DNA of 64,000 bases, from the NCBI GenBank assembly GCA_028534125.1, contig CM052816.1, positions 75,270,001 through 75,334,000 on the forward strand, given 5' to 3'. The stretch is from Lama glama (lineage: Eukaryota). Each line of letters opens with the position of its first letter. The first letter of the stretch is position 1. A program made the position numbers and the translations under genes. Positions 1 to 12,420 of the stretch are shown piece by piece. Below the pieces are notes generated by a model. The model saw only the letters and a program-made list of their open reading frames with translations, ran no database searches and was not told where the DNA came from.

Positions 1-431
1 AATGTTGTGGGACTGGAACCTCAGAAACAGTGCATGTTTCCTTGGTGTCAGAGGAGGTCACTGAGCTGACCATCAGTTGATTGCAAACTGGACTCAGGCA
101 ATCAGAGGTTCCTTACCTCCTCCCGTCCTTGGAATGTACCTTCTGCCCATCATTTCCACAGTGGGAGCCATTTTCAAGGACACACACAGCCTTGGGAGAG
201 CAATGTGTTATTGAGACCATCTGGACAGTGTACATGGCTGAACCTCGTTGAAGCCTCTGTGTAAACTTTTAAGATTCTGGTGGGCAGGTGTGGAGAGCTA
301 CTCATCTTGCAGTTGCCCCCAGAAAACTTCCTGTGTAAGTTCCCTGCTTATTAAACCTGCCACCTACCAATCTGGAGTGATCTGCCTTCCTTCTGTCTCT
401 CTTTACCAGTTTTTGAGCCAAAACTTGCACA
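1..431 (+). mobile_element. 3' part of an ERV-type LTR (begins upstream of the window)
   Basis: LTR-like composition; ATTAAA poly(A) signal at 350-355 followed by a U5-like pyrimidine-rich stretch ending in ...TGCACA at about 431. Confidence 0.55.
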
Positions 432-1103
432 GGAATTGTTAACTGTACTTTCGATAAGGAACACAGAAATACTTTAGAAATGAATAATTGTTCTTGTAGA
501 TTTTGTACACTCTTCTAGAAAATGCTAACACCAGTGAAAAAGGAACAGTGATTCTTAGGGAAACTAGATGTTCAGATAGCCCTGATTTCTGTGTTCTTGT
601 GTTGGCTTTTATTAGTTTTTAATTTCTTTCCTCACAGTGATCTTTTTCTTGCTGTTCCTGGAGCCAACTGTCTTCCTTTTCCTTGTAATTTACTATTTCT
701 GTTTTGATGGGACAATCTACAGGACAAATCTGGGACTAGATCTAATTGCACAAGTTTCTTTTAGACAGCAGGACTTTTTTCTCCCCATCATTTTAGTCTG
801 GATAGTAATTTGGAAGTTAATCTTTCAAAGCAGTCAAAAAGCAACAAAATTGTTTAGGATGAATACTTTCTTGTGTTGCCTTTCTGATTCCCAGTTGTGT
901 TTTTGATTTTGCTAAAAAGAAAAAAAAACTGAAAAATATCTGGAGTGTAATTTACCCTACTAGGGCTTTTTCTTGATAAGTTGAATTGAATCACTGACTA
1001 TAACTAATCAATATAAAGAGAGACATATGCCATTTTACAGTTCACACAGTGTTTTCTCATTACACGTGTGCCTTTCACATGCACTGTCAACAATCTCCTC
1101 AGG

Positions 1104-1270
1104 CCTTGCTACTCAAAGTTGATCCAAGGACCAGCAGCCTCAGGGCACACAGGTGCTTTGCAGACATGCAGCATCTCAGACCCCAGCCCTCAAAACTGTT
1201 TAATCTCAATCTGCACTTTAGCAAGATCCCTAGGTGATTTATATACCCATTTAAGGTTTGAGAAACACTG
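1104..1270. mobile_element. MER5A1-like hAT-Charlie non-autonomous DNA transposon
   Basis: tgctactcaaagt...ggaccagcagc...aatctgcactttagcaagatccctaggtgatt...aaggtttgagaaacactg matches the MER5A/MER5A1 layout with terminal inverted repeats. Confidence 0.85.
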
Positions 1271-2934
1271 CTTAGGGTGTCTCTAATGGGAACCTTTGTG
1301 TAAGTAGCAGAACCAAATTTAAATATACATCTTTGACTGAGCTCTTTCTAATGGACCATGCAGTTTATCTGTGAGTGTTCAAATTTACAGTCAGGCTTAG
1401 AGCCAGAACCCCATATCTGACTCAAGGCTAATGGCCCAGGTTGGGAACATTTCTGATAACTGACATTACAGTTCATCATGCACCTTGAACAATAAATGTG
1501 ATTTAATTGCTACTTAAGTGTTCAAATTAGGCCACTGTGATAAATGTAAAACCTTCCCCCTCATTTCCTTAAAGTCCTGGTGCTCATTGAGATCAGCTAT
1601 CAAAGCACTTAAAATCAGCCCATCTGGCGATGCTAGTGGTCACTAATGACAATTTAGGAAACATCCCTGGGTTGGTTCTTTGTCCATTTAATCTCATTTT
1701 TGTTGTATTACAGGCCCAGCTACTTTTGTTATATTTATCAGATACAGATTTGTTCACCTTATCTATAAGCTAAAACTTGTAAATATTGCTCCAAAGTAAT
1801 AATGGCATCATACATGCAAAATAATAATCCACATCAGAAAGCCATCAAAAACAAAGGTAAATAGTAAGTCAATAGAAAACCATCAGCCTTGTTCATATTT
1901 GCAATACCCTACTCATTTAAACCATGGTTTACATGGAAGAGAAACATAACTCACTTATTTCATTACTTACGTAGCATAGTCAGTGCTCTAAAATAGTTAA
2001 AAATTTAAAAATCTTCAAGTTGCTAAAATAGGTATATTTACATGTTAAGGCTAACACACTTTACTCATATGAAGATTTCTCATATCTTTACTTAGAGTTT
2101 ATTTTCTCTTATTTGATTCCAACCCTAACCAATCACAACAGAAAAAGTAAATTTACAAAGAGGAGAAATAAGACTGTTGAGTGATGTCCATCAGCAATAA
2201 AAATAGGGAATATTTATGAGGAAAGATTAATAAATGAGGACACAGGGACACAAACGGTAGTGTGTTCCCTAAACCCTGTCAGCCCCAAAGTAAAATCAGA
2301 GCCATGTTAATTGTCAGTTTTGATTCCTCTCATGTACCTCCTTCATGGACTTCCAAATAGTTTTAGAAATCTCTGGACAAATTTCTAAGTATGTTTTATA
2401 AACCATTTTTGGGCTACTGCACACATGGTATCTGTGATTTTCCTTCTTCCCTGTTTTGGGGGAGCAAGGGGAGACGTCATTTTTTGCTGCTTTGACATAT
2501 AGAGGAGCTGTTCTTCACTGCATTCTTACACCCCAAACCCCACTGCTGCTGGCATTTCCACCGGGGCCTGTGCTATGTCTGCAGAGGCCCAGCATTGAGG
2601 ATGTTAATGTGCAACAAGGACCCTGGGTTCCACTGTGGTCAAAGATCCCAGAGCTGGGTCCCCCATTGTACAGGGTGCTGATGCCAACTTCCCCTGCTGA
2701 CCCTGTCCGCCATCACTGCTGAAGCCATGAGTGCCAACACTGCCAGATCCTTTCAATTCTTTTGCCTGATAGGATGCCAACAAAAGAGCTCTTTGGACGT
2801 ATATTAACTCTTCTAGTGTTGCCTTCTTGCCCTAGGACTCAGGCATGAGTTTATGAGGGTTAAGAAGAAGACAAGACATAGGATAGATTTTATTCTGTAC
2901 TCTGTATCACCCTCAGTGTTAGCTCACCCTCTCT

Positions 2935-2959
2935 GCGTGTGTGTGCGTGTGTGTGTGTG
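2935..2959. repeat. Interrupted (TG)n microsatellite
   Basis: tgcgtgtgtgtgcgtgtgtgtgtgt. Confidence 0.9.
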
Positions 2960-4339
2960 AGCACATGCATGGGTGTATCAACTTTCTCTTAAGATAACTT
3001 ATTTTCCAAGAAACTTCTTGATATTTCCTGTAAGTTTTCCTCTAGTGCTACCTAAATAGTCATTTCTCCAGACAAGTCCAGAGTAGGAACACAGCTGGGG
3101 TCGGTATTGTTCCCAGGGAGCAGACTAGAACGATGTAAGTAGAGTCAAGTAATCTAATATGCCTAAAGTTATCATTAACACCTCCATTTCTTCAAAGCAC
3201 ATTACTAGGGTAATTGATATACTCTGAGCCTTCAAGAGAAGGTTAAACCTCATACACATATACGCACATGTATGCACACATTTTAATTATTGTTGACTAA
3301 AGGAGTCAGCTCTATTAATCTGAAAATTTTACTTATTACCAACAATGAGGCTACCTCTTATTTATAACCATTATTCATGGACACCCAAGGAACTTATAGA
3401 CACAATCATGGAATTTGTTTTCCTCAAGAAGCTTATATATTCTCTTATTTCTCCTTCTCTGCACAGGATTAGGGTCAATCTCAGAAGACTGGGGACCAGA
3501 AAAGTCTGTAAATCATATATTCTAGAAGGCAGGGAAAAGAGAGAGGAATTTGCCATGGTTCAGGTGGAATTCAGCAACCAGAAGCTTTCTACAGTACCAT
3601 ATGCTTTTATTATGCTCTATTAAGAGAGGAAGATGGGTCAGGAAGAGGGGCAGGAGGAGACGGTTAAACATTCTTGAGAAGCAGTCAGGATTAGTCACCT
3701 CCGGAGATCAGGTACTGAAACAGATGGCCCACTGATTTGTTAGACGTGCTCTTGTTATGTTCATATATTTCATTACAGATCCTAGGAGTGGACAGCTCTG
3801 ACACCACTCTATCTTAAATGCCAGCTAATACTGTATTTCACATAGAAGAATTCTTCTTTTGAATTAATTTTTATGAAGCAGCCGTGTTTATCCCTGGTCA
3901 ACATTATAAATGATGGTTGTATTCCTTGATTCACATGGAGAATTTTTATTTCACGAAGGACTATGATGAATGTTAGTTATTAGTTGCCTGGCAGGCTTTC
4001 CTGGAGGTCCCCTCTGTCTTGTTGGCTGGTGAAGAGGAAGGTGTGCTTGAAAGAGTCCCCGTGGACAAATGGGAACCTGCCTCAGCGCATGTCTCAGGCT
4101 GTCCTCCTCTGTTGCTGTGTGGAGGAGGAAGAGGAAGATGAGAAGGAGGACCTGGGCTGCGTTAGCAGAGTTAGTCTTAAACACACTCCTGCCAAGACCT
4201 GCCCTGGGCTTTTTCAGAAAAAGAGGTGGTCAGGAGGATGTAAAGATACTGCTTAGAAAGTTGCTAGAAGGGAAGGATGCAGAATTGTGAAGTTCTGTTA
4301 AGTCTCTCTTATCATGTCTCCTGTCCTCATTTCTCATTG

Positions 4340-5076
4340 CATCAGTTCAAATTCCTTGGGTCCAGTGTTAGACTCTCACTCTTGAAAATGTCCTTAATTC
4401 TCTTGTCTTATGCTTTCCTGTTCTGCTTACTTGGAAAAAACTCCAACTCAGTTAAACTTATTTTTCTACCTATTGCAATCCCAGAAAACCAAATATTGCT
4501 AGAGAAAGATTACATAGTCTCAATGAATGGCTCACTAACCAGAAACTGCTGACCGTGGATCTTACTGCACATCGCTACTAATCTTACTGCACCTTCCTAG
4601 TAAATTCGTTTTCCTATTCTCTGAGATGATAACTTCATACCTCTTCTTGCTTCTCAAATCAATACCTCTTTCCCACCTCACTCTAAACTTATGATCTCAT
4701 CTCTAATTTCATAGAAAAAATGGCTAAAAACAGACAAGAACTTTCTCAGTTTACCACCATTAACCCATCAACCCACCTGCATCAGTTTTGCATATTTTGC
4801 ATTTTCTTTAGGTAAGAAGAAGTTCTCTAATATTTGTAAAAAATACCCACTCTGCCTTTAGGTTGTTATTTCCTTTCCTCTGCCTACCCAACACTAATTT
4901 CATTACTTTCCCACGACTGCACTAAAATTGTTTTTATCAAGGTTGCCAATGATTTTTTTTTTTGCTAAAGTTAATGGTTAATTCTCTATCATATTATCTG
5001 ACTTTTCAGCATCATTTGATGTGATTGACCACACTTCTTTTCTTGAAACACGTTCTTCCTTTGGCTTCTGAAGATG
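4340..5076 (+). mobile_element. LINE-2 ORF2-region fragment
   Basis: tgcactaaaattg...tcaaggttgccaatga...gctaaagttaatggttaattctc...tcagcatcatttgatgtgattgaccacacttcttttcttgaaacac...ttggcttc is the degraded L2 RT region; 5' boundary approximate. Confidence 0.75.
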
Positions 5077-5141
5077 CATTTGTGTTTGTGTATGTGGTAA
5101 GAAAACACATGACGTGAGATTCACCTTCTTTTTTTTTTTTT

Positions 5142-5641
5142 NNNNNNNNNNNNNNNNNNNNNNNNNNNNNNNNNNNNNNNNNNNNNNNNNNNNNNNNNNN
5201 NNNNNNNNNNNNNNNNNNNNNNNNNNNNNNNNNNNNNNNNNNNNNNNNNNNNNNNNNNNNNNNNNNNNNNNNNNNNNNNNNNNNNNNNNNNNNNNNNNNN
5301 NNNNNNNNNNNNNNNNNNNNNNNNNNNNNNNNNNNNNNNNNNNNNNNNNNNNNNNNNNNNNNNNNNNNNNNNNNNNNNNNNNNNNNNNNNNNNNNNNNNN
5401 NNNNNNNNNNNNNNNNNNNNNNNNNNNNNNNNNNNNNNNNNNNNNNNNNNNNNNNNNNNNNNNNNNNNNNNNNNNNNNNNNNNNNNNNNNNNNNNNNNNN
5501 NNNNNNNNNNNNNNNNNNNNNNNNNNNNNNNNNNNNNNNNNNNNNNNNNNNNNNNNNNNNNNNNNNNNNNNNNNNNNNNNNNNNNNNNNNNNNNNNNNNN
5601 NNNNNNNNNNNNNNNNNNNNNNNNNNNNNNNNNNNNNNNNN
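5142..5641. other. Assembly gap (exactly 500 N)
   Basis: Run of N. Confidence 1.
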
Positions 5642-8600
5642 AACTTCTTCATCTTGCATGACTGAAACTTTATACCCATTAAATAGCAACTCATCATTTT
5701 CCCTTCCCACCATCCCCTGCATCCACCATTCTACTTTCTACTTTGATGAATTTGACTATTTTAGATATCTCATATAGGTAAATAATGTACTTGTCCTTCT
5801 ATGACTGGCTTATTTTACTTAGCCTAATGTATTAAAGGTTCATTTATGTTGAAGCATATGGTAGGATTACTTTCTTTTTTCACAGCCAAGTAATATTCCA
5901 TTGCAGATATATACCAATTTTACCTATTCATCTGTTGATAGACATCTGGATTGTTTCTGTATCTTGACTACTGTGAATGATGGTGCAATGAATGTGGGGG
6001 TGCTAATAGCTCTTTGATATCTTTTTCAATTATTTTGGATAAATACCCAGAAGTGGGATTACTGGGTCATATAGTAGTTCTATTTTTAACTTTTTGAGGA
6101 ACTACCATATTGTTTTTTGTAGTAGCTGCATCATTTTGTGTTCCTACCAACAGTGAACAAGGATTCCAATTTCTCTATATCTTTGCTAACAGTTGATATT
6201 TCTGTTTTTTTTTTTTTGAGAATGACTATCCTAACAGGTGTGAGGTGATATCTTATTGTGATTTTTATTTTAATTTTCCTGATGATTAGTGATGTTGAAC
6301 ATCTGTTCATATACCTATTGGCCATTTGTGTGTCTCTTTAGGAGAAATGTCTATTCAAGTCTTTTGACATTTTAAAATTGGGTTATTTAGTATTTTGCTA
6401 TTTTGTTGTAGTAGTTAATGATATATTTTGAAAATTCATTCCTTACACATATATGATTTGTAAATATTTCCTCCCATTTCATAGATTGCCTTTCCACTCT
6501 ATTGATTGCTACCTTTGCTATTCAGATATTCTTTAGTTTTCTATAGTTCCACTTGTCTAATTTTGTTGTTGTTTTTGTCTGTGTTTTTCATGTCTTACTC
6601 AAGAAATCATTGCCAAGATCAACATCCAGAAGCTTTTCCCCCATATTTTCTTCTAGGTGCTTTATATTTTCAGGTCTTTAAAATTTTATTTAAATCTTTA
6701 ATTCATTTTGATTTGATTTTTGTGTATGGTGTAAGATAAGGGTCCAGTTTCTTTCTTCTGCCAATACATTTGTTGAAGAGAATATCCCCTTTCAGCATTG
6801 TGTATTCTTGGCACTCTTGTTGAAGATAGGTTGACTGTATATCTGTGGGTTTATTTCGGGGCTCTACATTTTGTCCCATTGGTCTATACATTTCTCTTTG
6901 TGCTAATACCATATACTGCTTTATTGCTTTGGCTTTATAATAGGTTTTGAAACACAGAGTGTGATGCTTCTAGCTTTGTTTTTTCTTCCCCAAGATTGTT
7001 TTATCTATTTAGAGTCTTCTGTGGTTCCATGTGAACTTTAGGATCTTTTTTTAAATTTCTGTTTATAAAAAGTGCCATGAGGATTTTGATGGGGATTGCT
7101 TTGACTCTGAAGTTTACTTTGGGTAGTTTGGGTATTTTAAAAACATAAAGAATATTAAGTCTTTCATCTACCAACATGGGATATGTTTCCATTTATTTAG
7201 TCTTCTTGAATTTCTTTTACAAATGTTTTACAGTTTTTTCAAGTACAGTTCTTTGACATCCTTGGTTAAGTTTATTCCTAAATATTTTATTCTTTTTGAT
7301 GCTGTTATATATAAGGTTGTTTTCTTAATTTCCTTTTAGGACTGTTTATTTTTAGTGTGTAGAAATTAGACTGATTTTTATATGTTGATTTTTTATCCTG
7401 CAACTTTACTAAATTCATTTACTCTATCAGATTTTTGTTGTTGTTGTTATTGTTGTTATGTGTATGTAAGCTTTAGGGTTTTCTACATATAGAATCATGT
7501 TATCTGTGGACAAAGATAATTTTAATTTTTCTTTCTTATTTGGGTGTCTTTTATTTCTTTCTCTTGATTAATTGCTCTGGCTAGATTTCCAGTACTGTGT
7601 TTCACAGAAGTGGTAACAGTCGGTATATTTGCTTTGCTCCTGATCTTAGAAGAATTGTGTTTTTAGCTTTGAGTATGGTGTTAGCTGTGGGCTTTTTATA
7701 TATAACCTTTTATGTTAAGGTAATTTACTTCTATTTCCAGTTTCTTATGCATTATTATTACAAGATGGTGTTGAATTTTATTAAATGCTTTTTCTGCATC
7801 TATAAAGATGATCATGTGATTTTTATCCTTCAGTCTGTTAATTGGTGTATCACACTGATTAACTTTCATATGTTGAACCATCCTTGCACTCTTGGGTTAA
7901 ATCCTACTTGATCAGACCTTTTAATGTGTTACTGAATTTGGTTTACTGATATTTTGTTGAGGAGTTTTGCATCAATACTCATTAGGGATATTGAGCTGTA
8001 GTTTTGTTGTATTGTCTTTGATATCAGAGTAATACTGGTCTCAAAAAATGAGTGTGGAAGTGTTCCCTTCTTTAATTTTTTTGTAAGAGTTTAAGGAATA
8101 TTGGTTTCAATTCTGTAAATATTTGTTAGAATTCAACAGTGAATCTGTCTGGTCTTGGACTTCTTTTCGTATAATGATTTTCGATTACTGATTCAATTTC
8201 CTTATTAGTTATACATCTGCTCAGATTTTCTATTTCTTCATGATTCAGTCATGGTAGGTTGTATGTTTCAAGAAGTTTATCCATTTATTTTACGTTATAC
8301 AGCTTGTTGGCATCTAATTGTTCATAGTAGTCTCTATTAATCCTTTTTATTTCTGTGGCCTCAGTTGTAATGTCTCCTTTTTTCTGATTTCATTTATTTG
8401 AGTTTTCTCTTCTTTTTTTAGTTTTACTAAAGGTTTGTCAATTGAGTTTGTCTTTTTTTTTTAAAGCTTAGTTTTGTTGATTTTAAAATTGTTTTTCTTT
8501 TCCTATTTTATTTATTTCCTAATTGTTATTATTCTCTTTCTTCTAATATCTTTGGGCTTAATTTGTTCTTCTTTTTCTAGTTTCTTGAAGTGTAGAATTA

Positions 8601-9235
8601 AGTTGTATGAGTTTTTTTATGTTTTAAATTGGTAAATCATTTGAAATTTTTCTCCTTGAAAAAAAGAGCTTTCTTATTTTTTAGTGAAGGTGTTTCTTGC
8701 TATATACTTAATTATTGCTAATATATTTGATGTATCCCATAAGTTTTAGTATGTTGTATTTTCATTTTCCTTTGTCTCAGGATATTTTCTAATTTCTCTT
8801 TTGATCTTATTTGACCTATTTGTTATTAAAGAGTATATTTTAAAGTTTCCAAATATTGGAGAAGTTATCAGTTTCCATTTGCTATTTATTTCTAGTTTAA
8901 GTTTATTGTGGTCAGAAAAGACACTTGGTGTGATTTCAGACCTTTACATTTATTGAGACTTGTTTTATGACCCACATGTGATTGATCCTGGGAGTGTTCT
9001 AAGTGTGCTGGATAAGAATGTGTATTCTGCTGCTGTTGGATGGAATGGTCTGTTTAGGTCTTCTGTATATTTGGTCTATAATATTGTTCAAATCCTCTGT
9101 TTCCTTCATCTTTTTCTGAATGTTCTATCCATTATGGAAAGTGAAGTATTGAAATCTACTATTATTTTTGTGTTACTATTTCTCCCTTCAGTTTTGTCAA
9201 TGTTTACTTTATACATAGAGATATTCCAATGTTGG

Positions 9236-9292
9236 GTATATGTATATATACACATATACATATATGTATATACATATTTATAATTTATATAT
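9236..9292. repeat. TA/CA-rich low-complexity tract
   Basis: gtatatgtatatatacacatatacatatatgtatatacatattta. Confidence 0.8.
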
Positions 9293-9495
9293 CTTCATTG
9301 TTAATTGACCCTTTTATGACAGTTTTTATAATAGTTTTTGGCTCATGTGAGAGTTTTAACTTAAAGCCTATTTCATCTAATATAATTATAGCTGCTTCTA
9401 CTCTCTTTTAGTTTCCACTTGCATAGGATATCTTTTTCCATCCTTTCATTTTTCAGCCTTTGTGTGTCCTTAAATCTAAAGTGAATCTCTTGTTT

Positions 9496-10811
9496 CAATA
9501 GCACATTAAAAAGATCATGCACCGTGATCAAGTGGGTTTTATCCTTGGGATGCAAAGATTGTTCAACATATACAAATCAGTTAACATGATACACCACATT
9601 AACAAAGTAAAAAATAAAAATCGTATGATCTTCTCAATAAATGCAGAGAAAGTATTTGACCAAATTCAGCATCATTCCATAATAAAAAATATATCACAAA
9701 TAAAGTATAGAAGGAATACACCTCAACATGATAAAGGCCATATATGACAAACCCACAGCTAACATCATACTCAAAGATGAAAAGCTGAAAGATTTTCCTC
9801 TAAAAACCGGAACAAGACAAGGATGCCTACTCTTACCACTCATATTCAATCTAGTACTGGAAGACCTAGCCATAGCAATTAGGCAATAAAAGAAATAAAG
9901 ACATCCAAATCATAAAGGAAAAAATTAATTTTCTCAGTTTACAGATTATATGATCTTATTTATAGAAAAACCCTGAAGGAGCAACTGGAAAACTGTTAGA
10001 ACTAGTAAACAAATTCAGTAAAGTTGCAGGGTACAAAATCACCATGCAAAAATCAATTGCTTTTCTACACACTAATGACAAAATATCTGAAAGAGAAAAA
10101 AAAAAAAAGAAAACAAGCCTATTTACAATAGCATATTAAAACAGTAAAGCACTTAGGACTACAGGCATCCCTCATTTTTTGAAATTTCACTTTATGCCAC
10201 TCTCCCTTGTGAAAGACCTACGTTAGTACCTGTTCTTGCTAACCAGCAGAAATCTGAAGAAGATTTCCATTTTTATGAAAAAAGGCAAGAAGCAAAAATA
10301 AAGTTCAAAGTGCATTTTGCTATGAGCTGTTATAAAGGCAGCACTCATTCTGAGCAGTAAGAAAGGCACCACCAAGCCCCATCCTTGGAAACTACAATAA
10401 GCACCTCAACATCAAGCTGCCGTAGTGTCTGTGAGCATCCATGCTTTATCTTGATTTACTTTGTGCATCTGTTAGCAAGATGTATCCAAATTGCTTCTTT
10501 GCTTTACATCATTTCAGCTTATGAAAGGTTTTACAGGAATGCTCTACTTTCAAAGAGTGGGCAAAATCTGTAAATATAACCAAGGAGGCAGAAGATCTGT
10601 ATACTGAAAACTATGTCATTGAGGAAAGAAATTGATGAAGACACACATTAATGAAAAGATATCCCACCCAGGGAGCTGAATAATTAGTGTTGTTAAATGT
10701 CCATATTACCCAAAGCCATCTATATATTCAATGCAACACCTATCAAAATTCCAATGGCATTTTTCACACAAATAGAAAAACAATCCTTAAAGTCATATGG
10801 AACCAGAAAAG
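9496..10811 (+). mobile_element. LINE-1 ORF2 (RT region) fragment, head-to-head with the preceding L1 and interrupted by a Tigger element
   Basis: ORF remnants [30 protein letters not shown]...[12 protein letters not shown] and [28 protein letters not shown]. Confidence 0.92.
10162..10570. mobile_element. TcMar-Tigger family non-autonomous DNA transposon
   Basis: TA|CAGGCATCCC...GCAAAATCTG|TA: TA target duplication, degenerate TIRs of about 23 bp ending in TTTGAAA; the L1 sequence resumes collinearly on the other side. Confidence 0.8.
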
Positions 10812-11153
10812 TTTTTAACCATTGTGACACTGCATGCTCAACCAATTTTCTTAGAATTTCTGGGTTTATATCCTTAATGATTATTGATTATAATAAAGAC
10901 TTTTGAAGAAATATCAGATTGGCCTGTGCCTTCAAGGAAAAAAAATACAATGCTATCTTTAATATTGCTTTGGTTTTAAAGTTTTGTATCCTAATTGTCT
11001 ATAAGTTGATCTGTAGAGTGACTTCTTGAACTAAAATATAGTAATAATACTCAACTTCCTAATTATTTTGAATAATGCTTTTATTAGCCTCTGTAAAGGA
11101 ATATGAGGAATTCTATTAAAATGTAACAAAAGTATACATGGTACCCACAGGGC

Positions 11154-11173
11154 AAAAAAAAAAAAAAAAAAAA
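11154..11173. repeat. Poly(A) tract
   Basis: About 20 consecutive A. Confidence 0.9.
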
Positions 11174-11439
11174 GAAGATCCATCTACAAAACCAATGCAA
11201 TGGATTTAAAATGACACGTACAAAAGATGTAAGAGCCAGCAATTAATTGCAGAAGTGTGTCAATATGAGTGAAGTCAAGAGATGCCGGAGATTAAAACAG
11301 TGAAGAATACCAAAATCTCTCTCTGCTGTACCTGGAGCTAGAAGTAGTACAAGGAAAGGCTAGAACATCGCTTAGGGAAGATAGTGTGAAATTAACAGAA
11401 GGTAAAAAGAAATAAGGACTATGTAATTCAGGCAGAGGA

Positions 11440-11655
11440 GACATAGTTTAAAAATGCAGGCTGGGGTTTCAAGTACCTCGGGTTTGACTGGCTTTGCCAT
11501 TTATTAGCTCAGCAGTTCAGTTTTCTCAAGGGAAAAGTGGAATAATCATAGTACTTCATAGGCTGTTGTGAGTACTACATAGTACTTCTTAGGTTGTTGT
11601 AAGGACTGAATGAGGAGCCGTGAAACGTGCCTAAGAAGGCCTGGCCTACATGGTG
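11440..11655 (+). mobile_element. MIR SINE with internal 31-bp tandem duplication
   Basis: ggctttgccatttattagct...cagttttctc...aaaagtggaataatcatagtac...ttgtaaggactgaatgag...cctggc. Confidence 0.75.
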
Positions 11656-12014
11656 TTACCTACTCATATTTCACTTGTGATTTTTAATCAGGATGAATAA
11701 TCTTCAGGAGAAAAGTGAAAAGATGGTAAGAAAAAATGTTTTCAAATGTGTTCAAGTTTTTGCACCAAGTATCTCCAAGTATGAAGGGAGGAAAATACAG
11801 GTAAAATATTACAGAACCGAGCAATCGTTTCTGTAGATTGTGAAAACTGAGTTATAAAGATGTGCAAATGCCACAATATACAAAAGAGGAAAAAGAGATT
11901 CCAGCAACTTTGTATATTAATAACTAACTGAATGGTCTGTAAGTGATTTGAAAAGGAAGTGATGATCTACAGACTACGTAAAGGATCACCTTATATTGTG
12001 AAAAGTGAACCAGT

Positions 12015-12420
12015 TGAGAGACTTGGGACCCTAATTATAGTCTTAGATCTGCAACCAAGTGTTAGGCAGGTCACTTAACTCTACAGAGTCTGTAGTGTTA
12101 CATCTGTGAAGCTGCTTAGCAGTTACTGTTGCGGACAAACTTGGTTCAAACCATGGCTCTGCTATTTACCAGCTGACTTAGGGGAGCCACCCAAAATCCT
12201 CTGAGTTACAAACTTCTCAGCTCCAAAATGAAGATAATGACAGTACCAACATCCCCTCCTTGGTTGTGACGATTCAATAAAATGATATATGTAATATGCC
12301 TGTCACTGTGTGATTTGGGGTATGTTACTTGATCTCTTATAACATCAGTTTCTCATTTGAAAGTGGGGGTTGGAGTAGGACCCATCTTCATATGATTTTT
12401 GTACAAATCAAATCACCTAA
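12015..12420 (+). mobile_element. Cluster of 2-3 MIR fragments
   Basis: ggttcaaaccatggctctgctatttaccagctg...aaaatgaagataatgacagtacc; tgtgtgatttggggtatgttacttgatctc...tcagtttctcatttgaaagtgggg. Confidence 0.7.

Larger units (their letters stand above)
5079..9495 (-). mobile_element. Old LINE-1 (L1MA/L1MB-type 3' UTR), 3' UTR plus most of ORF2, 5'-truncated in the endonuclease domain; spans gap 1
   Basis: 3' end motif tgtggtaagaaaacac; minus-strand ORF2 remnants in the track ([51 protein letters not shown]) with many stops and frameshifts. Confidence 0.93.

Noticed and set aside
3440..3470. Strong plus-strand acceptor-like site (similar ones at about 38220, 40014 and 46273)
   Set aside because: No consistent donor or reading frame; shows that orphan splice-like signals are common and limits confidence in all exon candidates
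3984..4256. Plus-strand ORF with acidic run EEEEEDEKED
   Set aside because: Non-ATG start, no recognisable domain; the run is simply a purine tract (a pyrimidine tract on the minus strand)
4978..5722. Long ORFs of 183-239 aa
   Set aside because: Artefacts of translating through 500 N
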